Source: Octopus bimaculoides (taxonomy: Eukaryota). Taken from it: a DNA stretch of 44,552 nt. The position numbers and the translations under genes are program-made. This document shows, in pieces, positions 33,641 to 44,552 of this stretch (its first letter is position 1; each line of letters begins with the position of its first letter). Location of the stretch: positions 37,469,477 to 37,514,028 of the forward strand of contig NC_069001.1 of assembly GCF_001194135.2 (NCBI RefSeq), given 5' to 3'. The notes under the pieces are model-generated. The model was given only the letters and a program-made list of their open reading frames with translations. It had not been told where the DNA came from and did not search any database.

Positions 33641-34254
33641 CTGCAAAAGATAATTGGAATATTAGCAAACAGACGTGTGATATAACATTTTACCTGGATT
33701 TTTCACATCATAATCCCTGCCCCACCTGAAATACAAGCTGTGGTTTGGACAAAGAAATTGTCTACCTGCAGAAGATAACAGAGATATAGAGCCCTGTATT
33801 GCCCAAGGACGACCATTGTATCTCCACCTGTCAAGTTTCTTTCCTGGGTTCTTGTTGGGTCAGAGTTTCTCAAGGAAACTCATTATTTGCCCCCATTTGG
33901 TACGTGTACCCCCTTCACACCACTGATGTTGCCCCCTCTCTCTGCTGTTCTTACCCAAAAGAAAGAAAAAAACTGACACAGACTGACACCAGTGTCATCA
34001 CAGACAAACTCCAAACGTAAACAGAGACAGCCAATATCAAATACAAGACATTTTGTCCACAACTTTAATGATTCCACCACTCCATGGCCCTAAAGTGGGA
34101 CTATATTTAATCAAACCCTGGAGGGATGAAGGGCAAATTTGACCTTGGTGGGGTTTGAACTCAGAATGTAAAGAGTCACAAAGCATTTTATGAGACCCTC
34201 TTAACGATTTCACCAGTTCAATGTCTTCAAGAAGTTTCTTCACTCATGTCTTAA

Positions 34255-34500
34255 TGTGCAAGTAGCTGAGTACTCCACAGACAAGAGTAACCTTAATATA
34301 GTTCTCAGGGAGATTCAACATGACACAGAATGTGACAAGACAGGCCCCTTTGAATTACAAGTACAACTCAGTTTTGCCAGCTGAGTGAACTGGAACAATG
34401 TGAAATAAAGTGTCTTGCTCAAGGACACAATGCATCACCAAAGAATTGAACTCATGACCTTATGATTGTGAGCCGAATACCCTAACCACTCAGCCACACA
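34255..34500 (-). mobile_element. tRNA-derived SINE, family A (related copies at ~27408-27620 on + and ~21820-21960)
   Basis: The reverse complement begins GTGGCTGAGTGGTTAG...GAGTTCAATTC and carries the core GTCCTTGAGCAAGACACTTTATTTCAC. Confidence 0.75.
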
Positions 34501-34702
34501 TCTTCGTTTGAAACATAATGAAGGGGCAAATAACAAACACTTTTATTTTCATTTCTAAAAATGAGATTAATCATCAGAAAAATGATAATAATTATTCACT
34601 AAAGATTTGCTTTGGTAAACTTCCAACAGCCCTATCTTCAACCCCTGCCACCTCTGATGTCCCTTAATAAGGGATAGTTAATACGGAAGTAGAGATACTT
34701 AC

Positions 34703-34874
34703 TTCTTCCAGATCACTGATGTCTAGTGCCATGCCAGCCAGAAGTTTCCAGACACAGGGAGCTAAATGGAGGTCCAACGGTTTCTTGGTACGGATGGCAA
34801 CACCAAACAATACCCCAAGGAACTTCAGCATATTCATGTGTTCTTCAGAAGATAATAACGGGTTTAGCAGGAAT
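34703..34874 (-). CDS. HERC1: HERC1 exon (HECT N-lobe)
   Basis: ctctag|A ... GAA|gtaagt, 172 nt: FLLNPLLSSEEHMNMLKFLGVLFGVAIRTKKPLDLHLAPCVWKLLAGMALDISDLEE. Confidence 0.95.
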
Positions 34875-35088
34875 CTAGAGAGAGAGAGATGGGAAAGGTA
34901 CGATTAACACTGAGTATGAGGGTGTTTGTGTGGCTACTGGTCAGATTTTTCCTGTTCATGTCCCTCTCTTATGTCCACTCAATAATACCACAGCCGACAT
35001 ACATACATACATACATACATATAACACACACACACATGCATGCATGCATATTAATACAAACATGGCTATACACAAGGCTAGGTCTTAC

Positions 35089-35165
35089 CTGTCTCTGTTG
35101 TTTCCAGACTCATGCCGTTCATTCGGGGTCAGAATCAGTAATGGTACAAAACCTTTCTCAAGTTC
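35089..35165 (-). CDS. HERC1: HERC1 exon (HECT N-lobe)
   Basis: ttcttccag|GAA ... AG|gtaaga, 77 nt: ELEKGFVPLLILTPNERHESGNNRD(R). Confidence 0.9.
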
Positions 35166-35481
35166 CTGGAAGAATTGGGAAAAAAATAAAGAGACTGAAA
35201 AAGATATACAAAAAAGTCTTCGGGTGTTTATATTTTTTCTTTTATTCTTTTACTTGTTTCTGTGGCCATGCTGGAGCACCACCTTAAAGGGGTTTTTTGT
35301 TGAAGAATTTAACGCCGGGATTTATTCTTTGTGAGCCTGGTACTTATTCTATCGGGCTTTTTTTGCTGAACCACTAAGTTACAGGGATGTAAACATACCA
35401 ACATCAGTTGTCAAGCAATGATGGGGGAACAAACACAGACACACACACTCATAAATATATACATACACACATATATATATA

Positions 35482-35870
35482 GGTGCATGGCATAGCTGGT
35501 TAGAGTGTCGAGCTTATGATCGTGAGGTTGTGAGTTCGATTCCTGGACTAGGTTGCGTGTTGCGTTTTTGAGCAAGACACTTTATTTCACGTTGCTCCAT
35601 TTCATTCAGCTGTAGAAATGAGTTGCAATGTCACTGGTGCCAAGCTGAATCGGTTTTTGCCTCTCCCTTGGATAACATCGGTGGCATGGAGATGGGAGGC
35701 TGGTATGCATGGGCCACTGTTGGTCTTCCATAAACAACCTTGGCTGGACTTGTGCCTCGGAGGGGAACTTTCTAGATACAATCCCATGGTCATTTTGCTC
35801 GAGAACAAAATGCCCTACTGGGACTCGTACTCACAACCTTACAATCGTGGGATGAATACTCAACCCATGA
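35482..35870 (+). mobile_element. tRNA-derived SINE, family A, near full length
   Basis: A box TGGCATAGCTGG, B box GTTCGATTCC (35534-35543), and core TTGAGCAAGACACTTTATTTCACGTTGCTCC. Confidence 0.8.
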
Positions 35871-35959
35871 CTCACACACACACCTGGCACACCTATGTGA
35901 TGGGGTAACACACATAGTTACATACATGTATACACACACACACACTTATATATACATAC

Positions 35960-36125
35960 CTGGCACATCTCGGTGATGGTGTCATCAAACACTCCACCAG
36001 CATCGTCGGCCCCTTCTCCAATTAACTTCACTTTCCAAGCCCTGGCAGGGAGACGCAGGTCTTCAGGTTTCATCTTCACAACCTGCCGAGCCACTTGTAC
36101 GAAGATGGGTTTACACTTCTTACCC
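35960..36125 (-). CDS. HERC1: HERC1 exon (start of HECT)
   Basis: ttctcccag|G ... CAG|gtatgt, 166 nt: GKKCKPIFVQVARQVVKMKPEDLRLPARAWKVKLIGEGADDAGGVFDDTITEMCQ. Confidence 0.95.
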
Positions 36126-36164
36126 CTGGGAGAAGAGAAAATACAGATTAAGGCAAATAGGGAG

Positions 36165-36375
36165 ACAACTCCTCAGGGTAGACACAGCAGGCATTGGGCC
36201 AAGACAGGGAGATGACCCTGGGGAAAAAATACAATAGACATTGGGGTAGGTAGGGAGGTGACCTCAAAGGGAAGACACAGTGGTCATTGGGGCAGTTAGG
36301 GCAATGAACCCCTCACCAGTGGGAGAGACACAGTAGACGTTGGAGTAGTTAAGGCTGTGACTCTGAAAAGCTAAG
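36165..36375. repeat. Degenerate ~48-bp minisatellite, about four units
   Basis: Repeated gacacag(t/c)ag(a/g)c(a/g)ttgg(g)g.ag..agg...tga motif next to a HERC1 acceptor. Confidence 0.6.
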
Positions 36376-36936
36376 GACATTAACCCCTAATTGAGGTTAT
36401 ATTCAAAGAACTGTGTATTGCATTTTGTGTAAATGTGAAGCGTGGATGTTTAAAGTGTAATATGTGTGTGTGTGTGTGTGTATTACTTGTTATAAATCTC
36501 TGAGTGAGAGATATACAGTAACAGTACCGAATAGTAATGTTTATATGCCAACAGAACCTGGAAGTCCTATGAAGGGTGATGTTACTGTTGTTTTAATCCC
36601 CAGGAAAACCTCTTTTCCAGCTGGCTGCTAACAGTATGTAGTAAGTACTGTGTAGACAGTTTATTACCTGATGGAGAGAAATCCTTGCTGCTTGATATCC
36701 TGTCCTCATAAATACTTTATCTCTCTTTTCCTCTTTTCCAATACACACACACACACACACATTTAATCAGCATAACACACACATATACACACACACAACA
36801 ATACTACCATTAGCTCCAACACACAGCAATACATCCAGTGTCACACACACACACACACACACACAACAATACATCACCATATACCCACATACAAACATAC
36901 AAACGCACAGAGCAATTCATCCATCTACCAAGATCG

Positions 36937-37672
36937 NNNNNNNNNNNNNNNNNNNNNNNNNNNNNNNNNNNNNNNNNNNNNNNNNNNNNNNNNNNNNNNN
37001 NNNNNNNNNNNNNNNNNNNNNNNNNNNNNNNNNNNNNNNNNNNNNNNNNNNNNNNNNNNNNNNNNNNNNNNNNNNNNNNNNNNNNNNNNNNNNNNNNNNN
37101 NNNNNNNNNNNNNNNNNNNNNNNNNNNNNNNNNNNNNNNNNNNNNNNNNNNNNNNNNNNNNNNNNNNNNNNNNNNNNNNNNNNNNNNNNNNNNNNNNNNN
37201 NNNNNNNNNNNNNNNNNNNNNNNNNNNNNNNNNNNNNNNNNNNNNNNNNNNNNNNNNNNNNNNNNNNNNNNNNNNNNNNNNNNNNNNNNNNNNNNNNNNN
37301 NNNNNNNNNNNNNNNNNNNNNNNNNNNNNNNNNNNNNNNNNNNNNNNNNNNNNNNNNNNNNNNNNNNNNNNNNNNNNNNNNNNNNNNNNNNNNNNNNNNN
37401 NNNNNNNNNNNNNNNNNNNNNNNNNNNNNNNNNNNNNNNNNNNNNNNNNNNNNNNNNNNNNNNNNNNNNNNNNNNNNNNNNNNNNNNNNNNNNNNNNNNN
37501 NNNNNNNNNNNNNNNNNNNNNNNNNNNNNNNNNNNNNNNNNNNNNNNNNNNNNNNNNNNNNNNNNNNNNNNNNNNNNNNNNNNNNNNNNNNNNNNNNNNN
37601 NNNNNNNNNNNNNNNNNNNNNNNNNNNNNNNNNNNNNNNNNNNNNNNNNNNNNNNNNNNNNNNNNNNNNNNN
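36937..37672. other. Assembly gap (N run), probably hiding one HERC1 exon
   Basis: The flanking exons end in phase 0 (..LIPNH) and begin in phase 2 ((R)GKKCK). About 55-60 codons present in recalled human HERC1 are not found in the visible sequence. Confidence 0.8.
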
Positions 37673-37802
<130 letters not shown>

Positions 37803-37978
37803 GATAGTTAGACAGACAGATACACATACATATACACACAAACAGATAAATATATAGGTAGACAGACAAACAGATACATAGATAAAGAGATAGACTGATA
37901 TGTAGTAGACATGTAGATACAGACAGATTGATAGATGGGAATGATAGGTAGAGAGGCATAAAAGACAGACATGGTAGG

Positions 37979-38095
<117 letters not shown>

Positions 38096-38162
38096 TTGTG
38101 GTACCAAGACAGTCAGTCAAACAGACCAACCCCTTCAGACAAAGATGAAGGCTGTAACTTAC

Positions 38163-38393
38163 ATGATTTGGTATCAAATTGAAGAGTCGCCATGAAGTGT
38201 ACATCAAGTTGGAGAAACGATGAAGCAAGTTGAGACGTTGCCGAATGTCCTCGATACTGTTCTCTTTGATTAAGGCATACTGGGGAGGGATGCTCTCTGG
38301 GGTGCCCAGCTGGAGGTCTGTGGCACTGCCAGGGGTATGTTTCACCGGAGGAGGTGCTGTCCACGCAGCACTATGCGTGCGACCAGCAGAAAT
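38163..38393 (-). CDS. HERC1: HERC1 exon (end of RCC1-like domain and linker)
   Basis: tttgcag|ATT ... CAT|gtaagt, 231 nt: ISAGRTHSAAWTAPPPV...RLNLLHRFSNLMYTSWRLFNLIPNH. Confidence 0.95.
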
Positions 38394-38450
38394 CTGCAAA
38401 TAAAGAAATCCAGGTTTTGTTGTTGTACTTGAAGGTTACTTGAAGGTAGG

Positions 38451-38488
<38 letters not shown>

Positions 38489-38889
38489 CTATGCAAAGCT
38501 GGGCCTATATTACCTGCTTTCATGCACTAAAGACTTTTTTTCCTGAATATTGGGGTGCATCTAATATACCCAGGTGTTTTTATGCCATCAAACATTGAAT
38601 GCTTTTTTAACGAGTTTTATGTTGAGCTTTGGCTTTCCCCACCAGGTGCATCTCTGTCCTCTTCAGTTATGTGTGTTTTATTATATGACACCATCTCTTC
38701 TTTGGGGTCACTTTCAGTGCTCTCAGTGCCACAGGGATGCCTTGTCAGCAACATCTGCTCCCATGAGAAACAATGTGTTGACGGCAGAGAAGGAAAGAAG
38801 GTCTTGCATCAATGCTGTCATCACCTTCACATTGGCTGTCATAAGCAAGCGAGCAACCATCACATACCCCTATAGGATGCTGACTTTGT

Positions 38890-39330
38890 TCAACTGAATT
38901 GTATTGAATGCAGTTCAACTAAACGGAGATCAAGTTAACTGTACTGAACTGAGCTTGTTTGAACAGGGATCAACTAAACCAGTGGTCCTTAACTGGGGAC
39001 CACTTCTACAATACACAAAATATTTTAACAATTGTTTCAATACAATTCCTAACAATATTTAACAATAAAACAGAAGGATTGTTTTTCACATACATTGAAT
39101 GGCAGTTCAGTGGAATAAAATAGGAATCAAAGGGGTCTAGAGGCAAACAATTGTTGAGAACCACTGAATTATGTTCAACTGAACTGCACCAAGTGTAGTT
39201 CAATTAAACTGAGATCAACTTCACTGTACTGAACTAAGCTCATTTGAGCTGGGGTCAATTAAACTGTACCGAACCATGTTCAACTAAACTGCACTGAGTG
39301 TAGTTTAACTAAACTGAGATCAACTGTACG
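38890..39330. repeat. Degenerate (AACTG/AACTAAAC) array with a nested hAT-like MITE at 38980-39166
   Basis: Many aactgaac/gttcaactaaac/gatcaact units. The internal element is bounded by CAGTGGTCCTTAAC...GTTGAGAACCACTG; its 8-bp TSD is not preserved (4/8). Confidence 0.65.
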
Positions 39331-39357
39331 AAATCAATATGAAATAATCTTACATAC

Positions 39358-39602
39358 TTGTCTGATATTTTTGCCAGAAAGTTCTGCAATCTTCTGTGGT
39401 TCTCGGACGCTGTTTGTGGTGCCATTCCCTAGCTGGCCTTCTGCATTGCTGCCCCACACCCACACATCACCTTCGTTGCTCAGGACAATCGTGTGTTCAG
39501 AGCCAACGTCAATGTCTATTATGAAGAAGTCAGCAAGGGTTGGAATCTGCTGAGGTTTCGTATGGTTTCTCCACAATGGCTCCGGTAAACCAATGAATCG
39601 AT
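39358..39602 (-). CDS. HERC1: HERC1 exon (RCC1 repeats)
   Basis: ctcctcag|AT ... CAA|gtatgt, 245 nt: (D)RFIGLPEPLWRNHTKPQQIP...GSEHTIVLSNEGDVWVWGSNAEGQLGNG...SGKNIRQ. Confidence 0.95.
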
Positions 39603-40549
39603 CTGAGGAGGAAAAAAAAGAGGAGTGTTATGGTTAGGTAAACAAACAAACAGAATATTAGGACTTAAGAGTGAGATTAAGGTTTTCTCCTTGACCCTCC
39701 ACTGGTGATAGAATAGTAAAATGACTAGAATAAGGGAATGGAAGAATAACTAGATTGAGGGAATACTGGAATAGTTGTTGTTGGTGGTGGTGGCAGTGGT
39801 TATTTAGTGTCAGTTCAAACACATTCCAGTTATGATCATCTCATCTTTTTCCTAAATGCAGGGAAAGCTGGTCCAACATTATCACATTTGGCAGAGGTGC
39901 AGGTGTGGCAGAGTGGTAATGAAACTTGCTTCTCAACTATACGGTCTCAGGTTCAGTCTCACTGCAGAGCACCTTGGACAGGTGTCTGCTAGTATTGCCC
40001 TAGGCTGATCAAAACCTTTTCGGTGAGTTTGGTAGACAGAAACTGAAAGAAACCCATTATATAAGTATGTGTATGCATGTCTGTGCATTTGTATGTGTAT
40101 ATATATTTACATATGCATATGTCTGTGTGTGTGCCTGTGTCTTGGAATCATGCGATGGTTGCAAATGAGCATCATCATCATCATCATCATACAAGCAATG
40201 TTGTTTATTTCCAGTTTTCTGTGGCAAACATGTCTGGCCATGGGGAAGTATTACTTTGTTTGGAAAGAGACAAGGGTTGGCAACAGGAAGAGCATCCAGC
40301 CACAGAAAATCTGCCTCAACAGATTCCATCGGAGTCATGCAACCATGGAAAAGTGGATGTTAAAACAATGATGCGGATGGTATTTTTCTAAGGTAGTAGC
40401 ATGTAATTTGAAGGGGGATTCGGCTGCTATTTTTAGCAGGTAGTACAACTACAAAGAAGCTCTCACTGATGCATGGAATGACAGGCATGACGGAAAAGTG
40501 GAACATGAAGAAATGAGTGAATGCAAACGGTTCGATGGGAGATCCATAC

Positions 40550-40775
40550 CTTGACCCCATGAGAATACTTTGCCATCTTTGGTGAGTGCGATGGAGAACT
40601 GGGCCCCGCAACACACTTTTTTGATTGTCTGACCCTGGAGGAGTTCGATTTTGGTCGGTAGGGAGCGAGCAGCACAATTGCCAAGTCCAAGTTTGCCGTA
40701 GTCTCCATCACCAAACGCCCACACTGTGGATCCGTCTTTAGACACACACAACGAATGATTCAATCCACAGGCCAC
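40550..40775 (-). CDS. HERC1: HERC1 exon (RCC1 repeats)
   Basis: gccag|GTG ... G|gtatgg, 226 nt: [33 protein letters not shown]...GAQFSIALTKDGKVFSWGQ. Confidence 0.95.
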
Positions 40776-41958
40776 CTGGCAACAAGAAACAGGTTTCATT
40801 ACTAGGATAACGATAATGAAGATGATATATTAACAATGATAACGACAACAACGATATATTGATGGCTTCAGCATTAACAGGAAACTATTTAATTAACATG
40901 TCATCATTATTATATCATCGTTAACACCATGAAAAATATCTAATTTCCATAGCATCATCAACATCATTATGTATAATTAGCTGGTCATCCCCCTCCTCAC
41001 AAAACAATTACCATCATTAAGCATATAAGGCATCTAATTTACATATTATCATCAAAACCGTTATGAAATATTTAATTAAATTTCATTGCCATTACATTTA
41101 ATTTTCATCCTCATTACCCTCAAAGTATATGGCATTTAATTAGAATATCCTCATCAACACTATGTAAAATATCTAATTTGCATGTCATCTTCAACATTGT
41201 TATATCCAATTAGCATGTCCTCGTCACTGTTGTTGCAATTAATTAACATCATTATATTTAATCATCATCATCATCATCACCATCATTGTTTATCATGACC
41301 ACCTTCATCACAATGGCACAGGGCCACACGTATGACTGGTATGGCAGAGTAGCAGAACGATGGGTGTAAGGGAATAAAAGAATGACTGATAGGGAACAGG
41401 AGGCTCTCGTCTGCTCATTCACAAAAGGGTCAACCCTGCTAAAGACCCTCCCCACAACACACAATGACCAGGTATTGCTGTTGTTATTGTTTGGCCCCAG
41501 GTCAGTCCTGATCAAAGACACTCCAACCATGATCCTCCGGTCTTGTTTTCAGAAATACTCTATCCCGAATCCCATCACTGAGTAGTGTGTTCTTCCTTTT
41601 TCCTGTTGCGTGCACTTTGAAGGTAATTTGACTGCTGTGTCTAGCAGATCAAGTAACCTCACAGAGGCAAATATCTTATGCCTGCCACCCATGCCATAGA
41701 AACCAGACTTAAAATCCTGCCTAACCCATGACTGCATGGAAAAGCAGACATTAAAATGCCACTGTGCTGTTACTGCTACTGTCAATGACGATGACAATGA
41801 TAATGATGACAGCAATGATGACGACAACGATGATGACGCTGACGACAAAGACGGTCAGATGACAACTTGCAACAAGTCAACAGCAAAGCTTAATGAAAAC
41901 CTAGAAATGGAATTTTATAAGAATTATCTGCAAAAGAAGGAGGAGACAGTTTACTTAC

Positions 41959-42114
41959 GTAGCCTATTTTGTGACCTTCCAAAGCTGTTACCCTTTCTGG
42001 AATTTTCCTGTTGGAATTGGAACCCAAGCCTAGACGTCCATAGTCTCCATTACCAAATGTAAACAATACTCCATCATGGGAGACAACAGCACTGTGTTTG
42101 AATCCGCAGGCCAA
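41959..42114 (-). CDS. HERC1: HERC1 exon (RCC1 repeats)
   Basis: cttcag|TTG ... TAC|gtaagt, 156 nt: [52 protein letters not shown]. Confidence 0.95.
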
Positions 42115-42305
42115 CTGAAGAATGGGTGAGAAGGAGATGGTTCAGAATGCCGTCCTCACATCACACTGATGCACATTAAAAGCTACAACAATCAATTACA
42201 TCAAACATAAAATTTGTTCTGTTTTTTTTTTTAATTAAAGTTAGTGGTTGTTTCTCGTTACATTAATATTTTATATTTAATCCTTAATATCTTAATCATC
42301 TTTAA

Positions 42306-42528
42306 TCCTTTAGCATTCAGATTACTCAGGCAAATGAATTCCTTATTTATTCTCATTGTTTTGAATTAGTCATGCGTTATCTTGTAACTTTGAGGTTTCA
42401 ATGATGTGACTATTTATTTTTAGAATGACATTGTAGGATAGGTGTGAGAGGTCAGATCTGGTTGGTTTGAGCATAAAACAAGTAGAATATTTGGGCCAGA
42501 TATGATTTATGGTTTAAATGTAAAAGGG
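42306..42528. mobile_element. piggyBac-like MITE with TTAA target-site duplication
   Basis: TTAA (42302-42305), then (T)CCTTTAGCATTC ... AATGTAAAAGGG, then TTAA (42529-42532). Confidence 0.8.
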
Positions 42529-42844
42529 TTAAAAACCTAGAATCCTTAATGTAACATCTTTAATCATTTTACAAACATCTTTATTGAAGATGTTAAAAGA
42601 ATTATCAAAGATGCTTATAAACTGAGTAAAAACATTATTCAAACATAAATAAAGATGTTTTTTTTCTTCTTAATTTTGAAAAAAACATCTTTATTTGCGC
42701 TTGAATAGTATTTTTTACTCAGTTAATAAACATTTTAAATCATTCTTTTAACATTTTCCAAAAATTTTTAAAATACTGTTTTGAATATTTTTACTAATTT
42801 TTAAACATTTCCCTCAAAACCCAAACCCAACTAGCTTAAATGAA

Positions 42845-43310
42845 GGACACGTAGTATATTGTAGTCCTAGATACATTGTGTCCGAATAAAAGACAGCTGG
42901 GGTATATTTGGCCATAGGTTAGCTGGATCAGAGCTGACCGATAATGTTTAATTAGACAATGCAGTCCTAGATACATTATGCCTGATCACAGTTAAAGTAT
43001 TCCTATCATAGGCCTCCTGGATCAAACTGACCTGGGGTTAAACAACAACAACAACAAGGAGGAACACATTAGATAATGTAGTCTTAGATACACGATGAAT
43101 AAAAGATGGGAGGGTTAAGGTTAAACATCTTTGATCATAGCTGTAGTGGATGAGGGCTAACCTGGAGTTAAACCACAAGAAAGGCAACATTACATAATGT
43201 AGTCCTAGATATACTATGCCTGAATTAATGAATGGTCACAGCTAGAATACCTTTGATCATAGATCTACTGGATTGGGACTGACCTGGGGTTAAACGACAA
43301 CCACCACCAC
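42845..43310 (+). repeat. Four head-to-tail diverged copies of a ~115-bp repeat ending in (CAA/CAC)n; two more tandem copies at ~31985-32195
   Basis: Recurrent unit atg(t/c)agtcctagatac...atcatag...ggatca..gctgacctgg(g)g(t/c)taaac(aac)n. Confidence 0.75.
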
Positions 43311-43500
43311 CTCTATGAAACAACATCATTATCATCATCATTGACACAACTGAAGAAAGTTGTGAAAACAAAATGAAATTCCAATGGTGCCGAAAAAAAA
43401 ACAAAACAAAAGAACTGAAATTATTTCTAAAAAAGATGAAGTTACAGAAAGAAGAAAAAGAAAACAGAAAAAAAAAAAAAAGGCTGGAAGAATATTAAAC

Positions 43501-43682
43501 CTGAACAATTTCTTCTCCTTGAAGAGCTTCAATTTGTCGAGGCCGACGCTGCCTGTCGCTGTTTCCATGACCAAGTTTACCATAATCGCCATCACCCCAA
43601 CTGAAGACTTCACCACTCTCAGCAAGGGCCATACTATGACCATCAGATCCAACGGAGGTTACAAGTTGGGTTATCACAAAAC
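43501..43682 (-). CDS. HERC1: HERC1 exon (RCC1 repeats)
   Basis: gtgtctag|GT ... CAG|gtttaa, 182 nt: (G)[60 protein letters not shown]. Confidence 0.95.
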
Positions 43683-44091
43683 CTAGACACACAGACACAC
43701 AAAATCGTTTAATAGATTACTGTGTGATGGAGCGTTGATTTACACATTTAATATTTAGCATGTATTAGGTGGCAAGCTACAGAGAGAGGAGGGAGACATA
43801 CCATTTCACATTCAATATGAGAATAATTTCATTCAAAATGAGAATAAAAAATACAGTACTTTTTGCTTTAATTATTTATGTAGCACTAATTATAAAAACA
43901 AACTTTTGTGTAATAAAATGACAATAAATGGAAGGATATAATGCCAAAAATACTGTAATTTCTATTCTTATTTTGAACGAAATTATTCCATTTTGAATGG
44001 AATTACTCTTGTTTTGGATTATTCCATATTGAATGTGAAATGGCATAGACTGAAATAGGGGGAAAGAGAGAGAGAGAGAGAGAGTGAGTAC

Positions 44092-44230
44092 CTTGCATTG
44101 ATGAGATGACTGTGAGTGAATGGAGATCATCGGAGTTTCCTTGTCCTAATCGTCCATAACTACCTTCTCCACTGGCCATAACGGTGCCATTAGCTTGGAT
44201 TACAAATGTAGAATTCTGGCCACAGATTAT
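44092..44230 (-). CDS. HERC1: HERC1 exon (RCC1 repeats); the gene continues beyond the right end of the window
   Basis: ctgttacag|ATA ... G|gtactc, 139 nt: IICGQNSTFVIQANGTVMASGEGSYGRLGQGNSDDLHSLTVISSMQ(G). Confidence 0.95.
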
Positions 44231-44552
44231 CTGTAACAGAAACACATTCAATAGTGGTGGGCTGGTATGGAAAACACCATGCAATATAGGGAGGGATTAA
44301 ATCAAAACGTGTGTGTGTGTGTACATGTGTATATATATGTATGCATGCACTTATATATGTATGAATGTATATATGTATGAATGTATATATTTATGTATGT
44401 ACATATGTATGTATGTATGTATGTACATATGTACATATGTATGTATGCATGTATGTATGCATGTATGTATGCATATGTGTATGCAGGTAGTTGTGTGTGC
44501 ATGCGTGTGTGTAGATGCACATACGTATATATATATATATATATATATATAT

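Overview
This is AT-rich, microsatellite- and SINE-dense animal genomic DNA with three N gaps. The repeat families look like octopus or another coleoid cephalopod (inference). It holds four protein-coding genes. (1) The last coding exon of an SLC35A nucleotide-sugar transporter (+, 895-1500). (2) NABP/SOSS-B, an hSSB-type OB-fold ssDNA-binding protein (-, five coding exons mapped in phase, 16371 down to 8812; terminal exon not located with certainty). (3) An intronless 469-aa NSUN6 tRNA m5C72 methyltransferase (-, 22564-23973). (4) The 3' part of HERC1, RCC1 repeats plus HECT domain (-, 14 exons mapped in phase, 44230 down to 28863; one expected exon probably lies in an N gap). The main finding is three ~150-nt box C/D RNA genes in NABP intron 2, on the host strand. 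Each has a 7-bp terminal stem, box C, D' and D, and a UG-rich wobble hairpin. Each also has an antisense element to the anticodon arm of elongator tRNA-Met(CAT) that places the D+5 position on wobble C34, so they look like a triplicated SNORD97/SCARNA97(SNORD133)-type tRNA 2'-O-methylation guide. Other notable items are a tRNA-headed repeat carrying a Penelope-type hammerhead motif within nested inverted repeats, a long-TIR foldback element with an 8-bp TSD, and a duplicated splice acceptor in the HERC1 HECT region. All calls were made by eye; family names rest on recalled sequences and need database confirmation.
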